Shown piece after piece: positions 19,373-29,661 of a stretch of 64,000 bases of DNA. Location: contig OZ241329.1 in the NCBI GenBank assembly GCA_965199825.1, forward strand, positions 1,152,001-1,216,000. Direction: 5' to 3'. The position numbers and the translations under genes were made by a program. Origin of the DNA: Bdellovibrionales bacterium (GTDB lineage Bacteria; Bdellovibrionota; Bdellovibrionia; Bdellovibrionales; UBA1609). Each line of letters starts with the position of its first letter. Position 1 is the first letter of the stretch. The notes beneath the pieces are model-generated. The model was not told the DNA's origin, ran no database searches, and saw only the letters and a list, made by a program, of their open reading frames with translations.

Positions 19373-20542
19373 TTGCTCATAAGCTTGTTGGTGATTTTAA
19401 TTTTACTTTTACTTCATTTAAAGGCTTTTGCGGGCTGCAACGGTTTGCCGTTGTGCCATTTTACGCTTGCGGTTGTTAATGACGATCAAAAGCCAACACT
19501 GATCACAAGTCAGTATCGCTTTCGTCCGCCCCAAAAAGGCTATCCTACTTTAGTTTATATTCCTGGCGGACCGGGTGAAAAGGCTTCCGATAAAAGTTTT
19601 GATGCGTTTTTTGATTCTCCTCCACAGTTTGGGGTTCTCCTCACCGATCCTCCCTTTATCGACATGCAAAGTAGCGATAAATTTAAAAAACTGATGACCT
19701 CACAGTTTGTGGCAGATGTTGTGTCAAAGGCGATTGAGGATGCAGGAGTTGAATCTAACTATATTTTGTTTGCTGATTCCTATGGAACAGTTCCGGCTAC
19801 GATCTTGGCTTCGCAAAAAAAACCGCGTGCGGTTGTTTTAGAGGGAGTGGTCGGCAAGGCTCGGACCTATGACGATTACCGCAATGGATTTCTCAACCAA
19901 GAAACCGAGATCCTGACGCGACTTAAAAATAAAGTTGTTAAAACTTATAATGCTCGGGTGAATTTATTTTTGGATCGCGGATCTTTAAGTGGCGATCAAG
20001 CGTGGGCGATACTACAAACGGTTTTGATCGATCGACATCATAATGGAAAGATTTGGCTTGAAACATTGGCCGAGCAAAGCACCCAACTTCGAATTCCTAA
20101 TTTTTTAAAAATGCTTAAAGATGTTTTTATGCTGAGTGTGGCAAAACATTTTGGCTCATCCCAGTTAAATCTGAATCAGGTTATCAACTGTCGAGAACTT
20201 TACTATGCCGAAGGTCACACCGATGAAACCTGTGACGGATCACCCAAAACTCTTTTTGATTCCGCTCAATATCAGATTCAATCGCCTGTCATTTATGTGG
20301 TTGGGGAAAATGATCCGATCACTCCTGATAACGGTTTTTATCATTATTCCAATCAAAAGACCGACCAAAAGTGGTTGGTACTTGTGAACGATGCGGGGCA
20401 TGCCCCATTGTCGGTGGAATTAAAAAACTGTGCGGTTGATTTTTGGAATAGTTTTATTGATCAAAATAATCTTGATGGTGCTGCACAAGTTTTAAAAAAC
20501 TGCGGCCGCACTTCTGGCAATAAAAAAATGGCGTCGAAGTAG
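19373..20542 (+). CDS. Secreted alpha/beta hydrolase (proline iminopeptidase-like)
   Basis: YIPGGPG, nucleophile elbow ADSYG, GENDP, AGH; signal peptide; start likely TTG 19373 or GTG 19391 (track ORF extends into the array). Confidence 0.75.
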   Translation: MLISLLVILILLLLHLKAFAGCNGLPLCHFTLAVVNDDQKPTLITSQYRFRPPQKGYPTLVYIPGGPGEKASDKSFDAFFDSPPQFGVLLTDPPFIDMQSSDKFKKLMTSQFVADVVSKAIEDAGVESNYILFADSYGTVPATILASQKKPRAVVLEGVVGKARTYDDYRNGFLNQETEILTRLKNKVVKTYNARVNLFLDRGSLSGDQAWAILQTVLIDRHHNGKIWLETLAEQSTQLRIPNFLKMLKDVFMLSVAKHFGSSQLNLNQVINCRELYYAEGHTDETCDGSPKTLFDSAQYQIQSPVIYVVGENDPITPDNGFYHYSNQKTDQKWLVLVNDAGHAPLSVELKNCAVDFWNSFIDQNNLDGAAQVLKNCGRTSGNKKMASK

Positions 20543-20603
20543 GGGCGCACAACCCGACAATTGTCTTGTTGAGCAAACATCCAAAATCAATGACACTGTT
20601 TGG

Positions 20604-21101
20604 GTGATCATCATTTTATTTATACTCCAAGCCTTTGCCACCGAAGTCTGTTTTTCACCGGATCAACCTTGTGACGAAAAACTGAGCGCCTTGTTGAGCG
20701 AGGCCAAAAAATCAATTTCAATCGCGATATATGATATCAATCTTGAACAGGTGATCCACCAACTGATCAAAGCCAAGCTCAGGGGCGTGAACGTTCGAGT
20801 GGTTGCCGATAAAAGACAAAGCAAGGGATCGCACTCGGCGGTATCCACTTTGGTCAAAGCCAATGTTCCGGTTCGGTTTGGTCGCCAAAGGGGAATCATG
20901 CACGACAAGTTTACAATCGTGGATGATCAAACTCTTCAGACCGGGTCGTTTAATTATACCCACCACGCAGCAACCGCAAATCAGGAAAATCAAATTTATT
21001 TAACCGACCTTGAGGTAATTAAGAAATTTGGTGAGCGATTTGAAAAGATTTGGATGGGTGCTGGCCCTACAATTCCGCGCAGAGTCTCTAGCGAAAATTA
21101 A
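20604..21101 (+). CDS. Secreted phospholipase D-family (Nuc-like) nuclease
   Basis: Single HKD motif HDKFTIVD...TGSFN; ENQ; short signal peptide. Confidence 0.85.
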   Translation: MIIILFILQAFATEVCFSPDQPCDEKLSALLSEAKKSISIAIYDINLEQVIHQLIKAKLRGVNVRVVADKRQSKGSHSAVSTLVKANVPVRFGRQRGIMHDKFTIVDDQTLQTGSFNYTHHAATANQENQIYLTDLEVIKKFGERFEKIWMGAGPTIPRRVSSEN

Positions 21102-21127
21102 AATAATCGGCTAAGACCTTTAACTTC

Positions 21128-22129
21128 ATGACCGAAAAAATGTTGCTCCACCATCTTTATCAAAACCCTTTTGTTCTGGCACCTATGGCCGGAATTACCG
21201 ACTGCTCTTTTCGCTCATTCATGCGCGAGATGGGCTGTGGAATTGTGGTTACCGAGTTGGTCTCGGCCATGGGTTTAAAATACAGTTCTGAAAAAACTCG
21301 GGCGCTGATGGCTTACGAAGAATCACAACGCCCCATTGGCATTCAACTCTTTGGAGAAGATTTAGAGAGTTTTAGTTTTGCTGCTCGCGAAGCCGAAATT
21401 GCGGGTGCCGATTTTGTTGATTTGAATTTTGGTTGTCCCGTTCCCAAGGTTGTTAAAAAGGGAGCGGGTGCTGCAATGCTCAAAGACCTCAAACAACTGG
21501 CTGAAGTCTTAAGAACGGTGAAACAAGCGGTTAACATTCCGGTGACTATAAAAATCAGAACAGGTTGGGATGAGCTCTCTCGTAACGCTCATGAGATCGT
21601 CAAGATTGCTGCGAACGAAGGTATAACTTGGGTGGCCATCCATGGACGCACTCGCGCGCAAGGTTACAGTGGACAAGCGGATTGGGATTATATTCGCTAT
21701 GTGAAATCGGTAAGTCCTATTCCTGTCTTGGGCAATGGCGATATTCACTCAGGCTCTCAGGCGCGCATGCGTTTGGATTCAAGTTTGTGTGACGGGGTTT
21801 TGATTGGTCGAGGATGTTTAAAAAATCCTTGGATCTTTCGAGAGGCCAAAGGCCAAGAGGTGGAAAAAAATTATGAAGATGTTTTGTTGAAATTGATTGA
21901 GCATTTAAAGAAATTTAATTCTGAGCGGATTGTGATGTTACAGATCAAAAAATTCGCCACTTGGTATTCGGCGGGATTTCCAGAATCTTCGGCCTTTCGT
22001 TCGACCGTTTTTAAAATGAAAGAGTCTGACCAATTGATCGAGGCGGTATTTGATTACTACCGCTCTTTGAAAGGCTACTTGCAAAAGGATACAAGCCAAG
22101 AAGCCTTTTTGATGGGTGGCCATGGTTAA
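21128..22129 (+). CDS. dusB: tRNA-dihydrouridine synthase B
   Basis: LAPMAG, DLNFGCP, KIRTGW, HGRTR, NGDI. Confidence 0.9.
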   Translation: MTEKMLLHHLYQNPFVLAPMAGITDCSFRSFMREMGCGIVVTELVSAMGLKYSSEKTRALMAYEESQRPIGIQLFGEDLESFSFAAREAEIAGADFVDLNFGCPVPKVVKKGAGAAMLKDLKQLAEVLRTVKQAVNIPVTIKIRTGWDELSRNAHEIVKIAANEGITWVAIHGRTRAQGYSGQADWDYIRYVKSVSPIPVLGNGDIHSGSQARMRLDSSLCDGVLIGRGCLKNPWIFREAKGQEVEKNYEDVLLKLIEHLKKFNSERIVMLQIKKFATWYSAGFPESSAFRSTVFKMKESDQLIEAVFDYYRSLKGYLQKDTSQEAFLMGGHG

Positions 22130-22130
22130 T

Positions 22131-23447
22131 TTATTTGGATTTAAAAATCTTCCAAGCCTTTAAATTATTGTAGGCCTGGGCCACCTCAAAATCATTGCGT
22201 AGCAATTTTGTTTTATCCGAAAGTGCTTCTTTTTCTTTTACAGAATCAGTACTCCACCAAGTTCCTTTGGCCCGTTTCTTTGTTTTCCCTTCGACCGCTT
22301 TGACTTCGGCATCACCTAAAAGATGGCCTTCCATATCTTGCTCGCGCCGACCTTCATCCGCCTTGAGTGTGGCTTTTTTTAATATCTCGTTATCGATCGG
22401 ATCAAACACGATATCAGGATCGATGCCGAGGGCTTGGATCGATCGACCTTTTGGAGTGTAATAGCGTGCCACTGTCAGTTTTAATCCTGATCCATCGCCG
22501 AGCTTGATTACCGATTGGACCGAGCCTTTACCAAAACTGCGTTGGCCCATAATCACCGCGCGATTGTTATCTTGGAGTGCACCGGCCAAAATTTCTGATG
22601 CACTTGCGGTGTACTCATCGATTAAAACGATAATTGGAAAGTCGGGCATGGTGCCTTGTTTCTTGGCGCGGATGATTTCTTTTTCTTTGGGATCACGCCC
22701 GATGGTGCTGACGATAATTCCCTCGTCTAAAAACATATCGCTGATCTGGACGGCTTGATCGAGTAAACCCCCTGGGTTTTTTCGCACATCTAGAATAAGT
22801 CCATTTATCTTTTGATGTTTTTTGGTGTGATCTTTAAAAATTTTGTCGAGCTCACCGGCTGATGTTTCAATAAAACTTGTGAGTTTGACATAGGCATAAC
22901 CATCATCAAGATCGGTGTACTTGGCAGATTTCAATTTGACAGTGGCGCGCTCAAGAGTAAATGCTTTTGGTTTATCAAAACCTTCGCGGTAAATTCCGAG
23001 CATCACTTGGCCTTTTTTGTTTTCGCGCATTTTGAGTGCGGCGTCGGCAAGGCTTAATCCTTTAGTGGACTCATTGTTGATTTCTACAATTTTGTCTCCG
23101 GGCTGGATGCCGGCCTTAAATGCGGGAGTGTCTTCAATAGGTGAGATGACGGTGAGGACTCCATCTTGGATGGTGATCTCAACCCCAAAACCACCAAACT
23201 CGCCCGAGGTTTCGGATTTAAATTCACTGAACTTTTCTGATTCCATAAAGCTCGAGTGGGGATCTAATTCGCGGAGCATTCCTTTGATCCCGCCATAGAT
23301 TAATTTTTTGGTGTCGACCTCTTCAACGTAATATTGCTGAATCAGATTCAACACTTTGGCAAAAAGCTGAAGGTCTTGGTAGCGTTCGGCAGCGAAGGCT
23401 GTGCTAAAGCAAACAGCGCCAATCATCAGCCAATATTTCATTTTCAT
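22131..23447 (-). CDS. ctpA: C-terminal processing peptidase (S41A)
   Basis: LDPHS, PDZ domain, NPGGLL, ASASEI, GKGSVQ; start re-estimated at ATG 23447. Confidence 0.9.
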   Translation of the reverse strand: MKMKYWLMIGAVCFSTAFAAERYQDLQLFAKVLNLIQQYYVEEVDTKKLIYGGIKGMLRELDPHSSFMESEKFSEFKSETSGEFGGFGVEITIQDGVLTVISPIEDTPAFKAGIQPGDKIVEINNESTKGLSLADAALKMRENKKGQVMLGIYREGFDKPKAFTLERATVKLKSAKYTDLDDGYAYVKLTSFIETSAGELDKIFKDHTKKHQKINGLILDVRKNPGGLLDQAVQISDMFLDEGIIVSTIGRDPKEKEIIRAKKQGTMPDFPIIVLIDEYTASASEILAGALQDNNRAVIMGQRSFGKGSVQSVIKLGDGSGLKLTVARYYTPKGRSIQALGIDPDIVFDPIDNEILKKATLKADEGRREQDMEGHLLGDAEVKAVEGKTKKRAKGTWWSTDSVKEKEALSDKTKLLRNDFEVAQAYNNLKAWKIFKSK

Positions 23448-23457
23448 TTTAGCTCCC

Positions 23458-24525
23458 TCAAAAGTTGTTGGCCTGATTCTCCGGTTTGTTTTTGATCCAA
23501 GGAAGCGGATCAATTGCGTCAGAAAAATGCCGAATTTCGAAATAGACTCCATTGATTTTATGAAAGGGTGAAAAGCTGGTAAACCCCAAAACTTCACCTT
23601 CGTTCACATCATCGTTCAATTTTAACCGTAGATTACTTAAAGTCCCGTAGACCGTGTGATAATGATCGCCATGATCGACGATAACGACAAGACCATTTCC
23701 GGGGAGGGGTCCGCTAAAAACCACTTTGCCGCGATGAACCGAGCGTACTGCAGCACCTTGCGAGCTCTCTAAAAATAAACCCTTATGAGACAACTTGTAA
23801 TGAAGCTCTGGGTTTTCGATAAAGCCATATTCCTGTCGGACTGGACCTTCTGTTGGCGTGACTAAAAGTCCTTTGCGCTCAAAAAATGCTGTTTCATAAA
23901 CCACGTCTGAATCTTTGCGCAGATCTTTAATCTGCATGAGCGCCTGCTGCTGATGGGTCTGAAGTTTTTCGAGCAATGCCGATTTTGATTTTTGCTCAAA
24001 CTCGAGCAAACCTTCTTGCCCCTTTAAATCGATCTGAATTTTGGCAAGCCGTTCGACTTTGGTTTTCAACATCTCGCGATGTTCACGAAGAGTTGTTAAG
24101 TTGAGCTGAAAGTCTTTGATCAATTCGAGATCGCGCTCGGAAACCAATTTTAAAAATTTAGTATGACGAAAGAGATCATTCGCATTGAATGACGAAAATA
24201 AAAGTCTCAAGGTGGATTGAAAATTCATGCGGTACATCGCACTCAATCTGCGCGACAGATGAAGACGTTGCGAATCCATTTTGCTTTCAAGAGTTCCAAT
24301 CATTTTTGCAAGACCGCGAGCATCGTTTTTTGCCAGCAGCATCTTGTCGGTCAGAGCTCCCCGTTTTTGGCTCATCGATTTCATTTTTTTATTGATGGAA
24401 TAAAGAGTACCTAAGACTTCGCGATTTTTTATTTCGTCTTGCGACAGCCGAGTTTTTATTTCCTCAAAGGACGGCTTGACACTGACGGTTGCGGCAACGG
24501 CCACACTCAGAAAAAGTCGGATCAA
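23458..24525 (-). CDS. envC: EnvC-like coiled-coil + M23 murein hydrolase activator
   Basis: Long coiled coil, HKGLF, IVDHG, YFEIR; follows ftsX; start likely TTG 24525. Confidence 0.8.
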   Translation of the reverse strand: MIRLFLSVAVAATVSVKPSFEEIKTRLSQDEIKNREVLGTLYSINKKMKSMSQKRGALTDKMLLAKNDARGLAKMIGTLESKMDSQRLHLSRRLSAMYRMNFQSTLRLLFSSFNANDLFRHTKFLKLVSERDLELIKDFQLNLTTLREHREMLKTKVERLAKIQIDLKGQEGLLEFEQKSKSALLEKLQTHQQQALMQIKDLRKDSDVVYETAFFERKGLLVTPTEGPVRQEYGFIENPELHYKLSHKGLFLESSQGAAVRSVHRGKVVFSGPLPGNGLVVIVDHGDHYHTVYGTLSNLRLKLNDDVNEGEVLGFTSFSPFHKINGVYFEIRHFSDAIDPLPWIKNKPENQANNF

Positions 24526-25415
24526 GATGTCGACCTTTCTGCAGCAGCCCATCCTGAGGCTTGGGTCTGGACGCAGAAGTAAGCCGAGAGCCAACCAAAA
24601 AATCCACCAAGACCTATAAATCCCATGCTTTGAAAAAGACTTAAAAATTGAAGATTCAATTTCCAAAGAGCAATGCTGTCTTCAAAAAATTGGAGTTGCC
24701 AATGGTAAAACCCATAACAAAAAAGAATGGCAAAGAGAGATGCAGCACTTCCGATAAATGCACCTTCAGCCAAAAAAGGAGCTTTAATCATTCGTGAGGT
24801 TGCACCGACCAATTCTAAAATTTCGATTTCGTCGCGCCGTTGTGAAATTGCCGAACGGATAGAGAAGCTCACAATAAATAAACTCGCGACCAATAACAGC
24901 GCCATCAAAAAATTAGAGGCACGAGCAAAGGTTTTGATAAAAGTAAGATAATTTTCGATCCAGCCTTGACCATAGGAGACTTCGTCGACTCCGTCCATTT
25001 GGGTCAGTGCCGAAGTTAGGGATTGAACACTCTGGTTGGGTTTAAGCTTAGTCTCAAAACTTGCGGGCAATGGATTTCCAAAATCGGCATCCGACAAAAG
25101 CCCTGCTGAATAAAGGCCCATTTCAATCTTAAATTTTTTAGCCGCCTCTGATTTTTCGACAAAATTGATGCTCTCAAACTGATTTGAGCTTTCTAATTTT
25201 TGACGAATCTTTTTTAAAGCTTCGGGCGAGATCATGTCGCGAAGATAAACCGTGTATTGCACCGACTCGCCCCAAACCTCAAAAACATGCTGCAAGTTTT
25301 TTTGCACACAAAAAAAACTGGCAATCACAAAGAATGTGGCGGTGAGTACAAAAAGGGTTGTGGTTTGTGTTGTGGGATGATGACGAAAACTGCGTTTGAT
25401 GTTTTGCAAAATCAT
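24522..25415 (-). CDS. ftsX: Cell division permease FtsX
   Basis: NPLPAS, RRDEIEILELVGAT...PFLAEG. Confidence 0.92.
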   Translation of the reverse strand: MILQNIKRSFRHHPTTQTTTLFVLTATFFVIASFFCVQKNLQHVFEVWGESVQYTVYLRDMISPEALKKIRQKLESSNQFESINFVEKSEAAKKFKIEMGLYSAGLLSDADFGNPLPASFETKLKPNQSVQSLTSALTQMDGVDEVSYGQGWIENYLTFIKTFARASNFLMALLLVASLFIVSFSIRSAISQRRDEIEILELVGATSRMIKAPFLAEGAFIGSAASLFAILFCYGFYHWQLQFFEDSIALWKLNLQFLSLFQSMGFIGLGGFFGWLSAYFCVQTQASGWAAAERSTS

Positions 25416-26077
25416 CGTCGTTGACCTGCTTCGATGTTGCCACTGCGTATCTCAACCACGCGGCGGTTATAGGATTTTACGAGAGAATCATCGTGAGTTG
25501 CGATAAACACGGTTGTGCCTTGAGCATTGACCCGATCAAACAAGCCCATGATTTCTCGTGAAAGATCTCGGTCTAAATTTCCGGTGGGCTCATCCGCGAT
25601 CAGCACGCCCGGCTGATGAATCAGAGCTCGAGCAATGGCCACACGCTGTTGCTCTCCTCCACTCAAATGCTCAGGGTAGACATCATGTTTAAATGAAAGT
25701 GCAACTTGATCTAAAATTTCATGCACTCTTTTTTGGATCATCTGGGGGCGGTCGCCCCGAATTACAAGTGGAAGCGCCACATTTTCAAAAACGGTGCGTG
25801 TTTTTAATAAACGAAAATCTTGATAGACCACACCGATGCGGCGACGAAGATAAGGTATTTTATTTTTTGATATTTGGTTGAGATCAAAACCTGCAACGTT
25901 CACTTGACCCGAAGTTGCCTTATCGTATCCAGAAAGAAGGCGAAACAGAGTGGTTTTTCCAGCCCCGCTGGGACCGGTAAGAAAAACGAATTCACCTTTA
26001 CCTATTTCGAGATTTATATCTGAGAGAGCCTGCACAGGGCCGGGATAGCTTTTGTAGGTGTGAGAAAAAGAGATCAT
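25412..26077 (-). CDS. ftsE: Cell division ATPase FtsE
   Basis: GPSGAGKT, LRRRIGVVYQDFRLL, LSGGEQQR, ADEPTGNLD. Confidence 0.95.
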   Translation of the reverse strand: MISFSHTYKSYPGPVQALSDINLEIGKGEFVFLTGPSGAGKTTLFRLLSGYDKATSGQVNVAGFDLNQISKNKIPYLRRRIGVVYQDFRLLKTRTVFENVALPLVIRGDRPQMIQKRVHEILDQVALSFKHDVYPEHLSGGEQQRVAIARALIHQPGVLIADEPTGNLDRDLSREIMGLFDRVNAQGTTVFIATHDDSLVKSYNRRVVEIRSGNIEAGQRR

Positions 26078-26097
26078 GCTCTTATTCTAACGAAAGT

Positions 26098-26352
26098 TTA
26101 AAATAATTGTCCCGAAACCAAAAGATCTAGAATTTTGTCGTGTTGGAATCTCATCGCCATACGAATGGCCGATGTCCCCGCCGCAGGACCACCTGGCAAG
26201 ACTTGGGTATAGGGTGTCTTAATACTTTTAACAACCGCACCATTCTTGAAGACACGACTGACTAAATAAGGATTGTCGAATCCCCAGTCTTCGGTTTGAA
26301 CGTGGTATGCGTAACCCGTCACCATCACATCAGAATTGTAGCCCTTTTCCAA
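26098..26352 (-). CDS. Small hypothetical protein
   Basis: GGAGG RBS, TTG start; YHVQTEDWG motif. Confidence 0.65.
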   Translation of the reverse strand: MEKGYNSDVMVTGYAYHVQTEDWGFDNPYLVSRVFKNGAVVKSIKTPYTQVLPGGPAAGTSAIRMAMRFQHDKILDLLVSGQLF

Positions 26353-26416
26353 TCAGCCCTCCGTTTAAAAAACTATAGGGCTTGGTCCAGACGAAATTAA
26401 GTATGAAAGCGGCGCG

Positions 26417-27070
26417 CTACAACTTTGCGGGTGCGGGAGGTTGAGAAATTTGGTGTGACGCCTTCTGGACCCCACGAACAAAAGCCCGAAAAGCTTCGGG
26501 AGCGTCAAGATGTTGGTCGATCGCATCTTCGATCGTAACGATTTTGTCTTTGGATTCGAGTCGTTTCGAATTTAGCCAGCTCAACATAGGAACCGAAATA
26601 CCAACCATCGAGGCCATGACTGCCGACACCATTCCGCCCGCAGCAACAGGAACTACCGCTAACAAATGCACCCACTGGGCAATTAAAAATAAATCAACCG
26701 CGGCCATTGCGCCTGTGCCGGCTAAAAATTTACGCTCATTCGCTTCATGAAAGTTTTTGAGCTGGAGCTGAGTTTCTTGAGCCACCAATTTGTTAAATTT
26801 ATTTTGGACATCGAACGAAGTCAGATTCATAGCCGGAGTTACTGGAGTACATTTAAGATCAGGCCGTTTTATGAAATCATTGAGCTGTGCATGGGTCTGA
26901 ATTTTTGGATCGTATTGGCAAACCTCAAAAACTGTCATATTTGAGTCGTAAACAGTTTTTGTTAATATTACGTGATGGGTAGAAGAAATCTGGTACGCCT
27001 CTCTGACCGGCAAAGAGTTTGTGAAGGCAGAGGCGAGTACAGTGGTAAGGCTAGCAATTAAATTAATCAT
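26417..27070 (-). CDS. Hypothetical exported/membrane protein
   Basis: Signal peptide plus hydrophobic hairpin. Confidence 0.55.
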   Translation of the reverse strand: MINLIASLTTVLASAFTNSLPVREAYQISSTHHVILTKTVYDSNMTVFEVCQYDPKIQTHAQLNDFIKRPDLKCTPVTPAMNLTSFDVQNKFNKLVAQETQLQLKNFHEANERKFLAGTGAMAAVDLFLIAQWVHLLAVVPVAAGGMVSAVMASMVGISVPMLSWLNSKRLESKDKIVTIEDAIDQHLDAPEAFRAFVRGVQKASHQISQPPAPAKL

Positions 27071-27103
27071 ACATCCCTATTTAGCAGAATATATGCCAAC
27101 CTT

Positions 27104-27664
27104 TTAAAGAGGACTGACCACCAGCTCCGGATTTTTGAGTTCGTTTTGCAAAATACTTTGAATCGCATCAAGAGTTCCCATCATCGCTGAGGGACATCCC
27201 CCACATGCTCCTTGATAGATCACTTTGAGCTCATTATTTTCGAGCGAGATTACCTCGATGTCGCCTCCATCTGCCTGAAGACCGGGTCGAATGGTGCGAT
27301 CCAAAATTTCTTCAACCTGTTGGCGCTCAGCACTTAAACTACTGCGGTCAATGGTGGGATGAGATTTTTGGTCACTCAGCTGAAAATCTGGATTGTGAAT
27401 ATCGCCGCGAGTTTTGATTACCGACTCGACTTGATCGGCAACGATATCATCATTGAGTTCACCGGTGTGGGTCACACTCATTGTGTTTTGAAACAGATGC
27501 ACTTGGGTCACTCCGGGGATCTGAAAAACACTCTCAACCATTTTAAGTCCATCGGCTTGCTTGGGATCTGTAAAGGTGGCCTTGCCCTCATTTTTTAGAG
27601 GACGATTGACAATAAATTTCATCGCCATCGGATTTGGTGTTGGCTGCATCGAAACTTCGATCAT
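27104..27664 (-). CDS. NfuA/NifU-C Fe-S scaffold (Nfu_N + NifU C-terminal)
   Basis: TPNPMAMKF, RPGLQADGGD, GACGGCP. Confidence 0.9.
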   Translation of the reverse strand: MIEVSMQPTPNPMAMKFIVNRPLKNEGKATFTDPKQADGLKMVESVFQIPGVTQVHLFQNTMSVTHTGELNDDIVADQVESVIKTRGDIHNPDFQLSDQKSHPTIDRSSLSAERQQVEEILDRTIRPGLQADGGDIEVISLENNELKVIYQGACGGCPSAMMGTLDAIQSILQNELKNPELVVSPL

Positions 27665-28866
27665 AAAAACATCTCCCTCGATTTTTTAAACGCCCTAATA
27701 AATTTAAAAATTTCATCTTCGGTGTTGTAGATGCTCAATGACGCCCGCATTAAACCTGAAACACCAAAACGAGTCATCAAAGGTTGAGCACAGAGATGGC
27801 CCGCACGCACCGCGATTCCTTGTTGATCTAAAATATGTGCCGCATCCGAAGGATGTACACCTGGAACGCTAAACGAAGTCACCGACGTTTTTTCGCCACC
27901 AGAGCCATAGATGTTGACCTCTTCGCTTTGAATCGCCTCTTCAAATTTTTTGCCGAGATGATGTTTGTAGTCGCAAAGACTTTCGAGTTTTTGTTGATCG
28001 ACAAAATCCAAGGCGGCTCCAAGACCAAGCACTCCGCTGATATTGGGGGTTCCGGCCTCAAACCGATAAGGCGCATTGAGATAAGTTGTTCCCCCAAAAC
28101 TCACATCCGCAATCATAGACCCACCCGATTGATAGGGCGGCATTTGATTGAGCAAAGCTTCGCGGCCATACAAAACCCCAACTCCAAATGGGCCAAAAAT
28201 TTTGTGGCCCGAGAACGCTAAAAAATCACAATCGAGTTTTTGCACATCTGTTTTAAGTGCTGCGATACTTTGTGCAGCATCCACTACGGTAACAGCACCC
28301 ACTTTTTTTGCGGCAGCAATCAATTGCTCGATGGGATAAATAAGTCCGGTCACATTTGAGATGTGCGCTGCCGATACCAGTTTTGTTTTTTCAGATATCG
28401 GTGCGCGTGAAAGATCCCACTGGCCATTATCTAAAATTGGCAGCACACGAATGATGAGATCTTTTTCTTGAGCGATGATTTGCCAAGGGACAATATTGGA
28501 ATGATGTTCAACTTCGGTCAGCAAAATCTCATCGCCCGGTTTTAAAAATTTGCGAACATAACTTTGGGCAATCAGGTTGAGGCTTTCGGTAGTGCCCTTG
28601 GTAAAAATAATTTCTCGATTGGACCGAGCATTTATAAATTGGGCCACATGAGTGCGGACCGCTTCGTATTTTTCGGTACCTTCGTTCCCAAAGTAATGAG
28701 CACCGCGATGAATGTTTGCGGCCGACATGCTGTTGTACTTTTCCATTGTCTCGGTCACAACCCGAGGTTTTAGGGTCGTTGCTGCATTATCAAAGTAGAT
28801 CAGCGGATGACCACGCACTTGGCTGCTCAATTGAGCGAAGTGCGATCGAATATTTTCGATATTCAT
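27661..28866 (-). CDS. sufS: Cysteine desulfurase SufS
   Basis: YFDNAATT, EHHSN, FSGHK, RAGHLCA. Confidence 0.93.
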   Translation of the reverse strand: MNIENIRSHFAQLSSQVRGHPLIYFDNAATTLKPRVVTETMEKYNSMSAANIHRGAHYFGNEGTEKYEAVRTHVAQFINARSNREIIFTKGTTESLNLIAQSYVRKFLKPGDEILLTEVEHHSNIVPWQIIAQEKDLIIRVLPILDNGQWDLSRAPISEKTKLVSAAHISNVTGLIYPIEQLIAAAKKVGAVTVVDAAQSIAALKTDVQKLDCDFLAFSGHKIFGPFGVGVLYGREALLNQMPPYQSGGSMIADVSFGGTTYLNAPYRFEAGTPNISGVLGLGAALDFVDQQKLESLCDYKHHLGKKFEEAIQSEEVNIYGSGGEKTSVTSFSVPGVHPSDAAHILDQQGIAVRAGHLCAQPLMTRFGVSGLMRASLSIYNTEDEIFKFIRAFKKSREMFL

Positions 28867-29660
28867 TTGCGCCCCAGAGCACTCACAAATTGGGCTTCTA
28901 AAGCACGAATCGACTTTTCAACTTTTTTTTGCACTTGAGTTCTGAACTCAAGACCTTCAATAAAAAAGAAAATTTCATTAATAAAACTCTCAGATATCAA
29001 GCGCACAGAATCGCCTAAAGAAAGCCCTCGGCTTTGAAGGTAAAACAATTGCTCAGGGTCCATTTGCCCAACGGTTGCGCCGTGGGCGGCTTTGACATCA
29101 TCAGCTAGGATTTCGAGTTCGGGCATAGTTTCAATATGTGCTCGTGGCCCTAAAAGTAAAGCCGCACTTTTTTGTTTTGAATCTACTTTTTGGGCAAATG
29201 GCGCAATATGAATTCGACCACGAAAAAAGGCTTCGCCCTGCTCAGAAATCAGCGCCTTAAAGAGCTGCTCACTTTGTCCTAAGGGCGCAAAGTGCATCAT
29301 TTCGACCTCAGTTTTTGTTGAGGCTAGAGGCTCTATCAATGAAAGTCCATAATATCGGCTTAATGCTTTTTGTTCATTTTGTTTGAGAGTGGTTTTTAAT
29401 TCACCCAGCGCACTCACCGTAAAAATGGAGGCGGTGCTCTCTTGAGCTTGATCAATAATCAAATGATTTTTGACCTGATCCAAAAGAGAAATTCGAACAT
29501 GCTGAACCGAACTTTTTGCACCCAACGATAAACGGGTTGTACCTTCGCCACTGCAAATTTCTAAAATATTGAGATGCACATTTGGGGCGATATTAAGGGT
29601 TCGCTCAAATGCGGTATCCAACACTACAGTTTGATGATGAAAACTCTGATCCAGATTCAT
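28863..29660 (-). CDS. sufD: SufD Fe-S assembly protein (short)
   Basis: [27 protein letters not shown]. Confidence 0.88.
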   Translation of the reverse strand: MNLDQSFHHQTVVLDTAFERTLNIAPNVHLNILEICSGEGTTRLSLGAKSSVQHVRISLLDQVKNHLIIDQAQESTASIFTVSALGELKTTLKQNEQKALSRYYGLSLIEPLASTKTEVEMMHFAPLGQSEQLFKALISEQGEAFFRGRIHIAPFAQKVDSKQKSAALLLGPRAHIETMPELEILADDVKAAHGATVGQMDPEQLFYLQSRGLSLGDSVRLISESFINEIFFFIEGLEFRTQVQKKVEKSIRALEAQFVSALGRK

Positions 29661-29661
29661 A

